Shown here: piece by piece, positions 46,199 through 56,747 of the stretch | Layout: each line of letters starts with the position of its first letter | Numbering within the stretch: position 1 is the first letter of the stretch | NCBI GenBank assembly: GCA_963579555.1 | Contig: CAUZHA010000009.1 | Span: 2,432-66,431, forward strand | DNA length: 64,000 nt | Direction: 5' to 3' | Source of the DNA: Planctomycetes bacterium UBA1146 | Lineage (GTDB): Bacteria; Planctomycetota; UBA8108 | Position numbers and translations under genes: made by a program | The notes under the pieces: model-generated | What the model was told of the DNA's origin: nothing | What the model saw: only the letters and a program-made list of their open reading frames with translations | Database searches by the model: none

Positions 46199-48868
46199 TT
46201 AGAACCGCTTGCGACGTTTCTTCTTTTTCGCCGAAGATGGAACGATGCTCTTCTCCGCCGACTTGTTTCTCGCCTTGTAGAGAGGACCCGCGGACGCCGC
46301 GGTGTCTTCCCCTCCAGGCTTGCCTTCCAGCTCGAGATCCTCCCTGGCGAGCTGGGCCTTGATAATCTTGCTCTCGGCGATTCCCAGGGCCGCGCTGGTC
46401 ATGATGTAGAGCATGAAGCCTGATGCGAAGCCGTAAAAGATGAAGCCAAAGAAGATCATCATGAAGCCCATCATCTTCTGCTGCGCGGCCGCCTGCGGAT
46501 CGTCCGAACGCGGCTGCATCTTCTGGTTCACCATGGTGAGGACGACGTAGAGGACAGGCAGGAGGTTGAAATATTCCCCCAGGAGCGGAACATGGAAGGG
46601 AAAGGGAAACAGCATGTCGGGCCTGGTGAGATCCTCGATATAGAGGAAGGAGGCCTGGCGCACTCCGATGGAATACTCGAGGCTCCAGATAATGCCGATC
46701 CAGATCGGCATCTGCAGAAAGATCACCAGGCAGCCGAGCATCTGTTTGGCCGGGTTGACATTATGCTTCTTCCAGAGCTTCTGAACCTCCTGGGAATACT
46801 TCATCTTGTCATCGCCGCATTGCGCCTGGAGGACCTCCATTTCCGGCTTGATCTTCGCCATGGCCTTGCCCATGCGCATCATGCCGCGCTGGTTCTTCCG
46901 CGTGACCGGATGCAGGCAGATCTTGACGATGATCGTCAGGAGAATGATCGCCAGGCCCCAATTGCCGAGGGTTGCCTTCTGCAGCAGATTGAGCAGCCCC
47001 ATGAAAAAATGAATGAGAGCGCTGGTAAGCCCGAAATCGTTGGCGCCATCGAACTCGAGGGCCGAGCCGGCATCGATAAAGGCGCTGACACGAGGGCCGA
47101 TGTAGAGCCCGAAGACGAGCTCCCTGGGATTGCCTCCGGGCGGCAGGCGGCTGGTACACTTGAAACCAGTCCTCAGGCTTTGGCTGCCCTCTGCGACGCC
47201 AGTGTCAGAAATCGGCCACCAACCATTAGATGGATAAGGTATAGGTTCAGCGTAGATTCCCCGGGCGCCTTCTTCGCGGGTCCGGGGAAACATGAGTGCC
47301 GTGAAATAGGCGTTCACGGTAGAAAGCCAGGCCACCTCCCTGTCGTTGACGAGGCCCGGCAGGTCATCGATATCGTGAACACCCGCCAGGACTCCCTTTT
47401 TCCTGCCGTAGGTCCCGAAGGCCAGCTGGATATCCAGGCCAGCCATCCGACCGGATGAGGCCGAAGAAGACATGGCGCAGGGGCCGTAGAGCATGAATGA
47501 AAACGGAGTCTGAACATCGGCCAGGTTGGTCAGCTCAACGCTGACTCGCAGCAGGTGGCCATCGGCTAGGGCTCCAGCCCCCTCCCCGAGCAACTCGTCG
47601 AACTCATCGACAGCGGCCGGAGCGATCTTCTTGCGAATTCGAACCGAACCGATCCGTTTTTCAAAGATGATTTCCTTCCCGCCACCAGGGAGAGCTCGCA
47701 CCGATTCACTCCACTGCCCGCCCCAGTTTTCCGCCGCGTCCCCGCCCGGCCCGATCGAGGAGCCCATGCTGAGAAGAGCCGCTCCCGTCACCGGCTCGAG
47801 CAGGACAGGCTGGTGCTCCCTGTCAGCAGCCCCCTCGACCGCGGTATAATGATCGAGCAGGAAAACTTCTGAAATGGAGCTCCGCCCCGAATCCACCACC
47901 ACCTTGATTCGGTCCGGCACAAGCTCGACCTCGGTGTGGTTGATGAGGGCGAGCTCGCCCTCGACCCCGTAGCTGTCGAGTATCCCGGGGGCATTGCTGC
48001 CGATGGCCAGCTGATAGCTGTGCTTGCTCTGGCCGGTCGCCAGGGGCAGGCCCTCGAGAAAAGTGCCCGATGTGTCCACGATCGCCGCCGCCGCGTAGCC
48101 TCCATCTTTTGAGAAAAGAACAGCCAGCTTGCCGCCACGCCTCATCGCGACCCACTGCGCCTCCCCCTCTCGCCTCCAGGGCTCCTCTTCAGTCCCCTGC
48201 CAGAGATGGCTCTCAACCGATCTCGACTGGCCCTTGGCGCGAACCCTGCTGGCGGCAACAAACCCAGCGTCGGCACCTGAGCCTCCGCCCAGGCGATATC
48301 GCACAGGCCCGGTCCCATTGTTTTCAAACTCCAGGGAAACGTCGAGGCGAAGAATGCCATCTCCGGTAACACCGACCGCAACCCGACGGGTAACCTTGAA
48401 AGATTCCGTATCTTGCAGCTCGTGGGCCCACCCCGAATCGGCCGCCCCCTCGATCGCCTTCCAGCCGAAGTCCAGCCTTCTCCAGCCGTCCTTTCCATCG
48501 GATACACTCAGGGCCAGGCCGCCTCCCGAGGGACCGAAGACTGTAAGCTCAGCGTCATCCTTCAGGACGCGCTCGAGAGACCCAAGCCCATCCTTCCAGA
48601 CCGCCGAGAATCCACCAGCCTTCTGTTCAACTGCGGGGGCTTTCTCTCCTGGTTTCTCACTGCCGGAGGCGGGCACGGCGGGCTTTGCAGCCCCTATCGC
48701 GCCCTGGGCGGCCTGCCCCGGAGGCTGGCCCGGCGCGACCGGCCGCGCCTTGGGATCTGCCTTTTGAGCTACCGGTGGATTGTTCGGCACCCTGGCAGCA
48801 TTGTAAATCTGCCAGCCGAACAGCAGGGCGATCGACAGTACGAAGGCAAGTATATAGCGCCAGACCAT
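46199..48868 (-). CDS. yidC: Membrane protein insertase YidC (long-periplasmic-domain form)
   Basis: N-terminal TM, ~550-aa periplasmic region, then conserved core …GNWGLAIILLTIIVKICLHPVTRKNQRGMMRM…MKYSQEVQKLWKKHNVNPAKQMLGCLVIFLQMPIWIG… and basic C-tail KKKKRRKRF. Conserved yidC-mnmE order. Confidence 0.85.
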   Translation of the reverse strand: MVWRYILAFVLSIALLFGWQIYNAARVPNNPPVAQKADPKARPVAPGQPPGQAAQGAIGAAKPAVPASGSEKPGEKAPAVEQKAGGFSAVWKDGLGSLERVLKDDAELTVFGPSGGGLALSVSDGKDGWRRLDFGWKAIEGAADSGWAHELQDTESFKVTRRVAVGVTGDGILRLDVSLEFENNGTGPVRYRLGGGSGADAGFVAASRVRAKGQSRSVESHLWQGTEEEPWRREGEAQWVAMRRGGKLAVLFSKDGGYAAAAIVDTSGTFLEGLPLATGQSKHSYQLAIGSNAPGILDSYGVEGELALINHTEVELVPDRIKVVVDSGRSSISEVFLLDHYTAVEGAADREHQPVLLEPVTGAALLSMGSSIGPGGDAAENWGGQWSESVRALPGGGKEIIFEKRIGSVRIRKKIAPAAVDEFDELLGEGAGALADGHLLRVSVELTNLADVQTPFSFMLYGPCAMSSSASSGRMAGLDIQLAFGTYGRKKGVLAGVHDIDDLPGLVNDREVAWLSTVNAYFTALMFPRTREEGARGIYAEPIPYPSNGWWPISDTGVAEGSQSLRTGFKCTSRLPPGGNPRELVFGLYIGPRVSAFIDAGSALEFDGANDFGLTSALIHFFMGLLNLLQKATLGNWGLAIILLTIIVKICLHPVTRKNQRGMMRMGKAMAKIKPEMEVLQAQCGDDKMKYSQEVQKLWKKHNVNPAKQMLGCLVIFLQMPIWIGIIWSLEYSIGVRQASFLYIEDLTRPDMLFPFPFHVPLLGEYFNLLPVLYVVLTMVNQKMQPRSDDPQAAAQQKMMGFMMIFFGFIFYGFASGFMLYIMTSAALGIAESKIIKAQLAREDLELEGKPGGEDTAASAGPLYKARNKSAEKSIVPSSAKKKKRRKRF

Positions 48869-49141
48869 GCTCTGAGAAACCTGTACAACATTGGAAAATA
48901 AGCCGCGGGACCAACAACAATAAAGACTTGCATGGGAAAGTCCACCCCTGCGTCTCTTTTTGTACCGGCATCCCGAACGCCGGCGACACCGAAAGCTCCC
49001 CCGGCTCGCAAACCATGAACTTAAAAGAGGATCCGTAAGTCCGGAAAGCCTCCAGGCCCGGCCTGCAAAAAGAGGGAATCGGATTCCCGGCGCTGCCCAG
49101 CTTGCTCAGCAGCTTCCCTCACGGAACCCGCTCGCTGGAGC

Positions 49142-49912
49142 TCACTTCCCCTCGGTTAGCCTCTGGGCCAGGTAGTCAGGAAGCCCGGGGTTTTCTTCGA
49201 AGCGGTCCAGGGTGAGCTGCACATCGTACTCGATACGCCTGAAGTGAAGGGCCTCGTCATCGACGATGACGTAGGATGCCCTCTTGTCACCATCACGAGG
49301 CTGGCCAACGGAGCCGACGTTGACGAGAATCCGCTCGGGACAAGTCGAATACTCATAGCGATGATCGATCTCCCGGGAATCGAGGAACCTATAGGGCGTC
49401 GACTGGACAAAGATTCCGGGATGATGGGTGTGGCCGGCGAAGCAAACCTTCCATTCAAAATCCGGAGGAGCGCCGAAGAGGGCATCCATCTTCGGAATAT
49501 CGCGAATGTCCTGCTTGAAAACGTATTCGCGGGTAGGATCGCGCGGTGATCCATGCACATAGAGAATATCCCCCTCCTTGTGATGCTTCGAGAGCCCGCC
49601 CACGAAATTCCACATCTCGCGGTTCTCCTCCTCCTGGCCTTCAATGCTCAGCTGTTCCTTGGTCCAGTCGATCGCAGCCTTCGCCTTCGGGTTGAATCCG
49701 ATCGCTCCAAAGAGAACCGCCTCTTCATGGTTGCCAAGCAGGTTGAGAGCGCATTTACCGGCGAGGGTGATGCAAATGCGGGGATCCGGCCCATAGCCAA
49801 TGATGTCCCCCAGGCAATAGATGTCCTCGCAGCCCTGCTCTTCTATGTCAGCAAGAACAGCCTCAAACGCGGCGTGATTCGCATGGATATCTGAAATAAC
49901 AGCGCGTTTCAA
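49142..49912 (-). CDS. Metallophosphoesterase (calcineurin-like)
   Basis: MKRAVISDIHANHAAFEAVLADIEE…DIYCLGDIIGYGP…GNHE…; GDxHG / GDxxDRG / GNHE-type motifs. Confidence 0.7.
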   Translation of the reverse strand: MKRAVISDIHANHAAFEAVLADIEEQGCEDIYCLGDIIGYGPDPRICITLAGKCALNLLGNHEEAVLFGAIGFNPKAKAAIDWTKEQLSIEGQEEENREMWNFVGGLSKHHKEGDILYVHGSPRDPTREYVFKQDIRDIPKMDALFGAPPDFEWKVCFAGHTHHPGIFVQSTPYRFLDSREIDHRYEYSTCPERILVNVGSVGQPRDGDKRASYVIVDDEALHFRRIEYDVQLTLDRFEENPGLPDYLAQRLTEGK

Positions 49913-50177
49913 GGAACGTTCGCCTCAATCATTCTGGACCCCGGGGTACGGCCTTCAAAGCGGCTTCCACCCATGAGAATAAATGCCCCCAAGCGATGAA
50001 CTCAACCCGCTCCGACCGAACAGGTTCGCAGAAACGCCCATCGCTTACTCCTCGTATTCCGAAAGGGCAAGAGCTTCTAACTGTTCGTAAGATCCGACGA
50101 GACAAGGTGCTTACGATCAGAGGCTGAGTAAGATACCCCTCGCTATAATCTCTGTCAAGCGCCAACGATTCTCGTGC

Positions 50178-53100
50178 TCACTCGCAGATATCGTCAGCGG
50201 TTGGATCAGAGCCGATCCCGGGAAACGGCGCCGGCGGCATCTGGGTTACATCGGCGGGGTCCTGGAGGAATTGAAGCAACCTCATCAGATCGCCGAAATT
50301 GAGACGGCCATCATCATTGATATCAGCAGCGTCATGGTTGTCCGGCCAGACACCCGCTCCACCAAAGAGGAGACTCGAAAGCAGGGTCACGTCAGAGTCC
50401 GTAACCTGCCGGTCCCCATCGACATCTCCTCGAATAAACGGCGGGGGATCCAGGTAAAGAAGGAAGCCTTCACTCTGGGCCAGGGTCAGTGGATCCCGAA
50501 CCCGCAGCGAAGCCTGCCCTGCACTTTCGCGGCTCGGAGCAAAAAAGCTCAGATGCTGTCCTGAGTGGAATACGAACCCTGCGGAATCAACAACGATTCC
50601 ATCGACCAGGACCTCGCAACGATCTGTGAAGCCATCTCCGAAGAGATCTACATGGCTACCGCCACAGATCGAGACCGCGTTGGGCTGGACCAAGTTGACC
50701 TCGATCTGGTTGGGCTCCGGCTGCATATCCGGACACTCTCCCTCGATGATATCCAGGGGAGTTGGCAGCGACAGGACCTCGATGGGCACGCCGGCAAGAT
50801 CAAAAGGATCCAGGACCTCGACCACCACGAAGGCCTCGTCGAGGACAGGCAGCCCTTCGACGGGAGCTCGAACGAGCATCGTGCGGCCGTCGTTTGAAAC
50901 AGCCGATCGTCCTGAACGTTCAAAAGGCAACGCGACCATCGGCTCGAGGCCATCGACCTGCAGCTTCACCACGGTGCTGCGGGAGAACCCGGCGCCTCTC
51001 ACCTCGATGAAATCACCACAGCCTGCCCGCAGGCTGCTCACGTCAACGCCTTCAAGGCTGGGCGACTCGAAGGAATAGACCTCGGGAAGGAGTGCATCCT
51101 GCCCTCCGGTCGAGAGCAGGATGTCGTAGAGTACGCTGCTTGAAGCCGGAAGCGCGGCGGGCCTCGGTCCGAGAGCATCCGGTACGACAAAGGATATGGC
51201 GCCGGAGTCCATAACGGTAATATTCGCAGCGGGAACCTCGATGCTCTCAGAGCCTCCTTCTACAGGAACAAGCCTGATTTCCGGGGTGAGCCCGGCGCCG
51301 CCATCGAGGCCTTCGCCTGAAAGCCGGACCTCGTTTCCACCTGTGAGTGGCCCCGTAACCGGCGTAGCCGAGGCGAGCCCGAGCGCGGGAAAGTTGCCGC
51401 CAAGGGTCACACTCGTATCCAGGAATGCGTCGATCACCGGTCGGCCGGGAATAGCCTGCTCCGGGAAGAAGGAGGTGGGCTGATCGGCGGAGGGATCAAA
51501 CAGGAAGGTGATCTGCGAGATGGTCCGCGGATCGTCCGGGGCCAGCTTCGAGGCGAAGGTGAAGTTCAGGACGGTTCCATCCTCAAACGGAGCGATAAAG
51601 TCAGACCCGAGAGTGGAAAAGTTGAAGCTGATCCAGCCGACCCTCAGGTCTCCGCTCGAGTTGATGTCAGGAAGCGTATCCTCTACAGGCAGGAAGATCT
51701 CCCCGAGGTCAGCAGCGACCGTGCCCTCCTGCTCCTGGTCAACGGGCAGGAGCTCGAGGTGCTCGGGGTTGAACTGCAGGTGAACGGTGTAGGCATTGAA
51801 GCGATAGTTCGGTATCTCAGACGGAGCGCGGAGGCTTCCTTTCACGGCAACATGGAAAATCGCGGAATCCTCCGCATCGGGAACCAGGTCAAGCTTGAGG
51901 TAGCTATTCGCGTATTGAATAGCTCCCTCTGCCATGTCGAGAGAACGCCAACTGTCAAAGCCGGAGAAACGAATGCGTATGTTCTCGAGTCGAATGAGAT
52001 TACCCTGGGGAAGCACCGCAGGAAGCTCGGCCTGGAGCTTCGCCAGGACAACCTCGGAGGAGCCTCCGATAGACTCGAGGACCAGGTCGCCCTCGCTCAC
52101 CGTGATCCGCTTGAGGCCATCACCTTCGGGAACCGAAGCGAGCGCCGGGCTCAGCAGCGAGATGGCCTCTGGGATCACGAGCTCGAATTCAACCGCCTCG
52201 ATAGCTGAGGAGAGCCCGGAAGTCACGATCGGAATTTCAAAGGAGGGCTCTCCTACCGCGGCAACGACCGCTCCAAGAGAGATGGAGGGTGAATAGATAA
52301 CGCCACCGACACAGCTGGCCTCGTCTCCGCCAGCGCTCAGGGTTACCTCGTAGGAGCCAACCGGCTCAATAGAGTCAAAGAAATAGCCGGTATCGCTGGG
52401 TAGGATATCGAAGACGGTCCTCGAGTCGACCGTCGCGCCCGCGATGACATGGCTCAGCTCGAGCTGAAGCAGGCTGTCTCCATAGCCGCGCCAGGGGGAG
52501 TCCCAGTTGACTGCGATCCCGCCGGAATCCTTGACGCACAAGATGGCGACCTCGTCCAGGTCAGGAGCATTCAGCGTGAAGGGCTGGAAGGTGACCGAAT
52601 CGCTGTCGATCGGGGTCCCTGCCGGGAACCCATCACAGGCGCCATCAGCGTTCTTTGTCGCCGTCAAGGTGAGCGTATAGGTTCCCGGAGCCGCCCCGCC
52701 CCGGCCCAGCTCACCTTCGTAGATGAAGGAGTCCTGGTTGGCCTCCTGCCCCTGCAACTCCATACCCGTCTCACCGAAGAGATTGACCGGAGCGCTGCCT
52801 GGAGCCGCCGGCTCAAAAAGAAGCTCGAGCCTCATGAGATCGTAGGCCTCTCCGTTGATCCAGTCCCAGCGGATCCTCAGTGGAGCCGAGGAGCTCGAGC
52901 GTGACAGGAGCGTCCCCACCACCGGCGAACGAATAGGAACCTCGGTATCACAGGGCTCCGGATCGAGTCCACTGCAGGCTCCCCTGGAGCTCTCGATGCC
53001 GCCGATGACCGCGCTGACCTCGTAGAGATCACTGCCATCGTCGGCTGAGGGGCTGTCCTCAAAGATAAAACCTCCCACCGGCAGAACGCTCGACCTGAAG

Positions 53101-56100
53101 GAGCCGTTTCGATAGATCCTGAACTGTTCGACGGCAATCCCCGGATCCCAATCCCAGGTCACGATGTTGAGCTCACCTTCCTTGCCACAGCGCACATCGC
53201 CGGGCTGGGGAACATGCACCACTCCACAGATCACAGTCGGGCCGATATCACTGTCGGCAAGCAGGGCCTCAACGGAAATGGAAACATCGCCGGGAGAGGA
53301 GACCCCCACGAGGTAGGAGCCGCTGTCCCAGTCGATATAGATCGGTGGACCCTCGGCTATCCGGATCTTGACGCGATCGTAGCGCAGGACCTGAGCCTGC
53401 CAGGAGATGAGCACCTCTGAAGAGAGAGCGCCCCTTTCCTGGACATTGCAGCTCACCTCGAGCTCCGGCGGAGGCGGCGGCTCGAGCTCGAATTCTATCG
53501 CCTCGCCCATCTCCACAGGGACCTCCTGCGAGACCCCCGCCTCAACAGCCGTCAGGACATTGGATACGACCGTGGCCCCGGAAAGGGCAAACCCGATACG
53601 GGTGTCGGTACGCCCGAACACCTGGCGGCAGCGGAACCTGAAGACACCCAGCTCGACATTGTCGAAGGCGGCCCCGGTGGTGTCCTGCTGGTAGGTCATC
53701 GAGGCGGTGGCGAACCCCCCGCAGCTATTATCGCTCTCATCCTCGGGGCAGGCCTCGAACAAGGCCAGCTGTTCAAACCCGGACGGCGCGGTGAAGCCGA
53801 GGTAATCGAGCTCAAACCGTTCATAGTCGAGAGCGACGGAATAACCCGAGAAGGATGCCTGGATATCCGCAAAGACCTTCACCCCGAAGGCAGCGTCCGC
53901 TTCAAGGCTTGCCAGGTCATCGATGGTGACGTCATTACCATTCTCATCCACAGGCTGCAGGCGGTAGCGGGTAGGATCCGGAACCGTCGCGGCCTGGACT
54001 CCGAGCGACCCATAGACCAGCGGAGAATCATCGGAGACCGTGGCGACATCAAGGCCTGTATCTCCATTGAGATCGAGCAGCGCGAGGCCCGAGACGACTC
54101 CCGCCTCTCCGGCATCCAGCTCGATCTTCTCGAAGCTCTGCCCGACACCCGGAATGCTCTGGTTTCTCAGAACGACGAGGCTGCCGCGGTCTTCTTCGCC
54201 TGCGCCGCCGACCACCAGGTCCGCGGAACCAAGCAGATCTCCATCGAGATTGGAGGCCTCCAGGAGGTCTCCCCGATGAGCGACAACTCCGTTGAGATCG
54301 ACCGTTTCGGGAACGACCTCCTCGAAGAGAAGTCCGCGCGGCTCGTCGCCGCTGAGGCTTCCCAGCAGGTCATTGCCTCCATCAAAGCCCCCGGCGAGCA
54401 GGTCACCCACATCTCGATAGGTGTTTTCATGCAGAAGGGGCGAGCTGTCCTTCCAGGAGACGACATCGACATCTCCATCTGTATCAAAATCGAAAACGAT
54501 CCACGCATCAGGAGCGTAATCGCCTTCGACGGAATCCTTCAAAACTCCCACCTTCCGGAAAGAGAAAGGGTTGGCGCTGGTGGTCTGGTTTCGATAGAGA
54601 ACCAGGCTTCCAGCCAGGTCGCCGTCCATCGCCTCGCTGACCAGATCCAGGCGTCCATCGTTGTCGAGGTCTGCAAGCTGGATCTTCCGGCTCGGGTCAA
54701 ATCCCGAGATGGGATTGCGCAGAGGCGCGAACTGGAGCTCGAGAAGGTTCTCGGGATCATTGAAGTTGAACTGGCCATCGGCAGGAAGCCCCATGGTCAG
54801 CTGAAAGATGGTCAGGTAGCCGGTGGACTCCGGCTCTTCATCTTCCACTGGAAGTCCGAGGTCGCCAAAGTCGCCGAGTCCGGCGGGAAGACCAGGCACC
54901 GCGTCAGCGGCAAAGCTGCCATCCCCATGCAGGGCCATCAACTCCGGCAAACCGTCTGAATCCAGATCCGCAAGATAAAGACTGGGCGCGGAAGCTCCCT
55001 CGCCCCCATCGGAAAGAGTCGCGAAATCCAACCGGGACTCGGTAGAGGAGATGGAGCCTGAATCGCCAACACGATACTCCTGTAACCTCAACTCACCCTG
55101 AGAACCCAGAAGCATAGCCACGATCTGGACCGATCCATTACTGTCCGCATCCACCGCCACCGCATCCGTAAAGGTCCAGCCTGCAGGCACTGCGGCTGTA
55201 CCCCGGCGCCCCTGGGAATCATAGAGCGTCACCAGGGTAGAGCTGACAGTAAGCAACTCAACTGCCCCTGAGCCCGGCATAAAATCAGCCGCGAGGACTG
55301 CGACAGCCCGATCAGGCGCCAATGGCTCGAGATAATCCGGTTCCCAGCCGCCCTCGTTCAGACCGGGACGAACCTGGAAGGTTAATTGGTAAGGAGACAA
55401 GGGAGACGAACCGGCACCGCTGATATTGCTGGTGAAGGTCACGCTGACCTTCTCCCCGGGCAGGAAACTGTCCGAAGCCCCGAGGACATGAACCACGCTG
55501 GTCAGCACATCGCTCTGTTCCAGCCGTGAGACGCCGCCCGGGTGACTTCCAGACTGCCCCCCCATCACCCTGACCGCGTCACTCTCGGTCCCGGCGGTGA
55601 TGTTCTCACTGAGATAGGCGGTCACCGCTGGTCTCAGGCTCGCGGCCCCGGAGGACTGCAGCGGGATGGTCTCACGCACAAAAAGCTCTCCCTCCGAGCG
55701 GGCCTCTCCGCCTTCAACGGTAAAGCTGAAAACATAGGGGGCTGAAAAGGGAACATTGAGCACGGTGACGTCTTCAGACACCTTCACCGTAATCCGCTCA
55801 CCGGGTTTAAACTGCTCGAGCGGGTTGAGCAGGAAGACAAGGGTGTTGTCCCCCCCCGGCTCCTCAGTTCCTTGTGACGGATCCAGGGGATCGATCAAGG
55901 CGGGTGGCTGGTTGATTCCAGCCTGGAATTCCACGATCGTCTGGCCGTTATAAACATCCTGCTCATTGGCGACGACAATCGTGCCGCTGTATTCACCGCT
56001 GGTCTGGTCACCGGTCACGGTGATCATCCCGGACTCTGTATTCGCGATGTCGGACGCGGTCATCGTATTGGTAAGCCGGACGGCTATGACCGGCTGAGCC

Positions 56101-56399
56101 ATGATTTCGCTATCACCGCGGGCCGGAATGGTCCATTCAACATCCGCGGAATCGTATTTACAGGCAGGCAGAGCCGCCAGGGCCGGAAGCACCAGGAGAC
56201 TCAGCAGGCGAACGAAACCCGGAAAAACGGGGAGGGAAGACTCTCTTAGCATGATCACTTCTCTGGGGGTGGAAACCAGTAAGATGCCAGGAAGATCCGG
56301 AAAGAAGATCGTATCACAGGGGGAACTGCCGGCATCCTGCCAAAACTCATTAAGTGCCCCTCTACCGGATTTCTCCAGGTAGCCCACGGGAACTTTCAT
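50178..56399 (-). CDS. Giant (2073 aa) extracellular protein with FG-GAP/VCBS-like calcium-binding repeats, Ig/IPT-like regions and C-terminal dockerin-like + Cys-containing tail
   Basis: FG-GAP-like loops (ADLDSDGLPELMALHGDGS, DLDNDGRLDLVS, DFDTDGDVDVVS, DLNGDTGLDVATVSDD). C-terminus RGDVDGDRQVTDSDVTLLSSLLFGG…DAADINDDGRLNFGDLMRLLQFLQDP…PPAPFPGIGSDPTADDICE. The likely true start is ATG 56252 (MLRESSLPVFPGFVRLLSLLVLPALAALPAC…, lipoprotein-type signal). Confidence 0.6.
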   Translation of the reverse strand: MKVPVGYLEKSGRGALNEFWQDAGSSPCDTIFFPDLPGILLVSTPREVIMLRESSLPVFPGFVRLLSLLVLPALAALPACKYDSADVEWTIPARGDSEIMAQPVIAVRLTNTMTASDIANTESGMITVTGDQTSGEYSGTIVVANEQDVYNGQTIVEFQAGINQPPALIDPLDPSQGTEEPGGDNTLVFLLNPLEQFKPGERITVKVSEDVTVLNVPFSAPYVFSFTVEGGEARSEGELFVRETIPLQSSGAASLRPAVTAYLSENITAGTESDAVRVMGGQSGSHPGGVSRLEQSDVLTSVVHVLGASDSFLPGEKVSVTFTSNISGAGSSPLSPYQLTFQVRPGLNEGGWEPDYLEPLAPDRAVAVLAADFMPGSGAVELLTVSSTLVTLYDSQGRRGTAAVPAGWTFTDAVAVDADSNGSVQIVAMLLGSQGELRLQEYRVGDSGSISSTESRLDFATLSDGGEGASAPSLYLADLDSDGLPELMALHGDGSFAADAVPGLPAGLGDFGDLGLPVEDEEPESTGYLTIFQLTMGLPADGQFNFNDPENLLELQFAPLRNPISGFDPSRKIQLADLDNDGRLDLVSEAMDGDLAGSLVLYRNQTTSANPFSFRKVGVLKDSVEGDYAPDAWIVFDFDTDGDVDVVSWKDSSPLLHENTYRDVGDLLAGGFDGGNDLLGSLSGDEPRGLLFEEVVPETVDLNGVVAHRGDLLEASNLDGDLLGSADLVVGGAGEEDRGSLVVLRNQSIPGVGQSFEKIELDAGEAGVVSGLALLDLNGDTGLDVATVSDDSPLVYGSLGVQAATVPDPTRYRLQPVDENGNDVTIDDLASLEADAAFGVKVFADIQASFSGYSVALDYERFELDYLGFTAPSGFEQLALFEACPEDESDNSCGGFATASMTYQQDTTGAAFDNVELGVFRFRCRQVFGRTDTRIGFALSGATVVSNVLTAVEAGVSQEVPVEMGEAIEFELEPPPPPELEVSCNVQERGALSSEVLISWQAQVLRYDRVKIRIAEGPPIYIDWDSGSYLVGVSSPGDVSISVEALLADSDIGPTVICGVVHVPQPGDVRCGKEGELNIVTWDWDPGIAVEQFRIYRNGSFRSSVLPVGGFIFEDSPSADDGSDLYEVSAVIGGIESSRGACSGLDPEPCDTEVPIRSPVVGTLLSRSSSSAPLRIRWDWINGEAYDLMRLELLFEPAAPGSAPVNLFGETGMELQGQEANQDSFIYEGELGRGGAAPGTYTLTLTATKNADGACDGFPAGTPIDSDSVTFQPFTLNAPDLDEVAILCVKDSGGIAVNWDSPWRGYGDSLLQLELSHVIAGATVDSRTVFDILPSDTGYFFDSIEPVGSYEVTLSAGGDEASCVGGVIYSPSISLGAVVAAVGEPSFEIPIVTSGLSSAIEAVEFELVIPEAISLLSPALASVPEGDGLKRITVSEGDLVLESIGGSSEVVLAKLQAELPAVLPQGNLIRLENIRIRFSGFDSWRSLDMAEGAIQYANSYLKLDLVPDAEDSAIFHVAVKGSLRAPSEIPNYRFNAYTVHLQFNPEHLELLPVDQEQEGTVAADLGEIFLPVEDTLPDINSSGDLRVGWISFNFSTLGSDFIAPFEDGTVLNFTFASKLAPDDPRTISQITFLFDPSADQPTSFFPEQAIPGRPVIDAFLDTSVTLGGNFPALGLASATPVTGPLTGGNEVRLSGEGLDGGAGLTPEIRLVPVEGGSESIEVPAANITVMDSGAISFVVPDALGPRPAALPASSSVLYDILLSTGGQDALLPEVYSFESPSLEGVDVSSLRAGCGDFIEVRGAGFSRSTVVKLQVDGLEPMVALPFERSGRSAVSNDGRTMLVRAPVEGLPVLDEAFVVVEVLDPFDLAGVPIEVLSLPTPLDIIEGECPDMQPEPNQIEVNLVQPNAVSICGGSHVDLFGDGFTDRCEVLVDGIVVDSAGFVFHSGQHLSFFAPSRESAGQASLRVRDPLTLAQSEGFLLYLDPPPFIRGDVDGDRQVTDSDVTLLSSLLFGGAGVWPDNHDAADINDDGRLNFGDLMRLLQFLQDPADVTQMPPAPFPGIGSDPTADDICE

Positions 56400-56747
56400 T
56401 CAACTCGAAAAATTTCAGACCGCCTCAGAGACCCGGATTCTCCTCAACTGGAGATCCACAGCTTGCGAGACTGAAATTCCTCACTCATCAACTGCCGTAT
56501 TATTCAGAACCATTCTGCCTGCTGGAATCGCGGACAAGGTATGTTACGGGGATATGTTCAATGTTAAGGCCTGAACAGGGAGAATTCAACTTTTCACCCA
56601 GCATCAATCCCCCAAGCCTATTATTTTTAATGGCTTACAGAATATTCCAGCTGGCGCTGGAATCCGCCCCTATGGTGATAATTTTTAGTCTGGATCCCCA
56701 TCCAGCGCCGGATCGCCGCGAAGGAGCCGCCTTTTTACGGGCAATCT

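Noticed and set aside
49040-49080. Palindrome CAGGCCgGGCCTG between the phosphoesterase gene and yidC
   Set aside because: The T-run lies on the 5' side of the hairpin on the transcribed strand, which is the wrong geometry for an intrinsic terminator.
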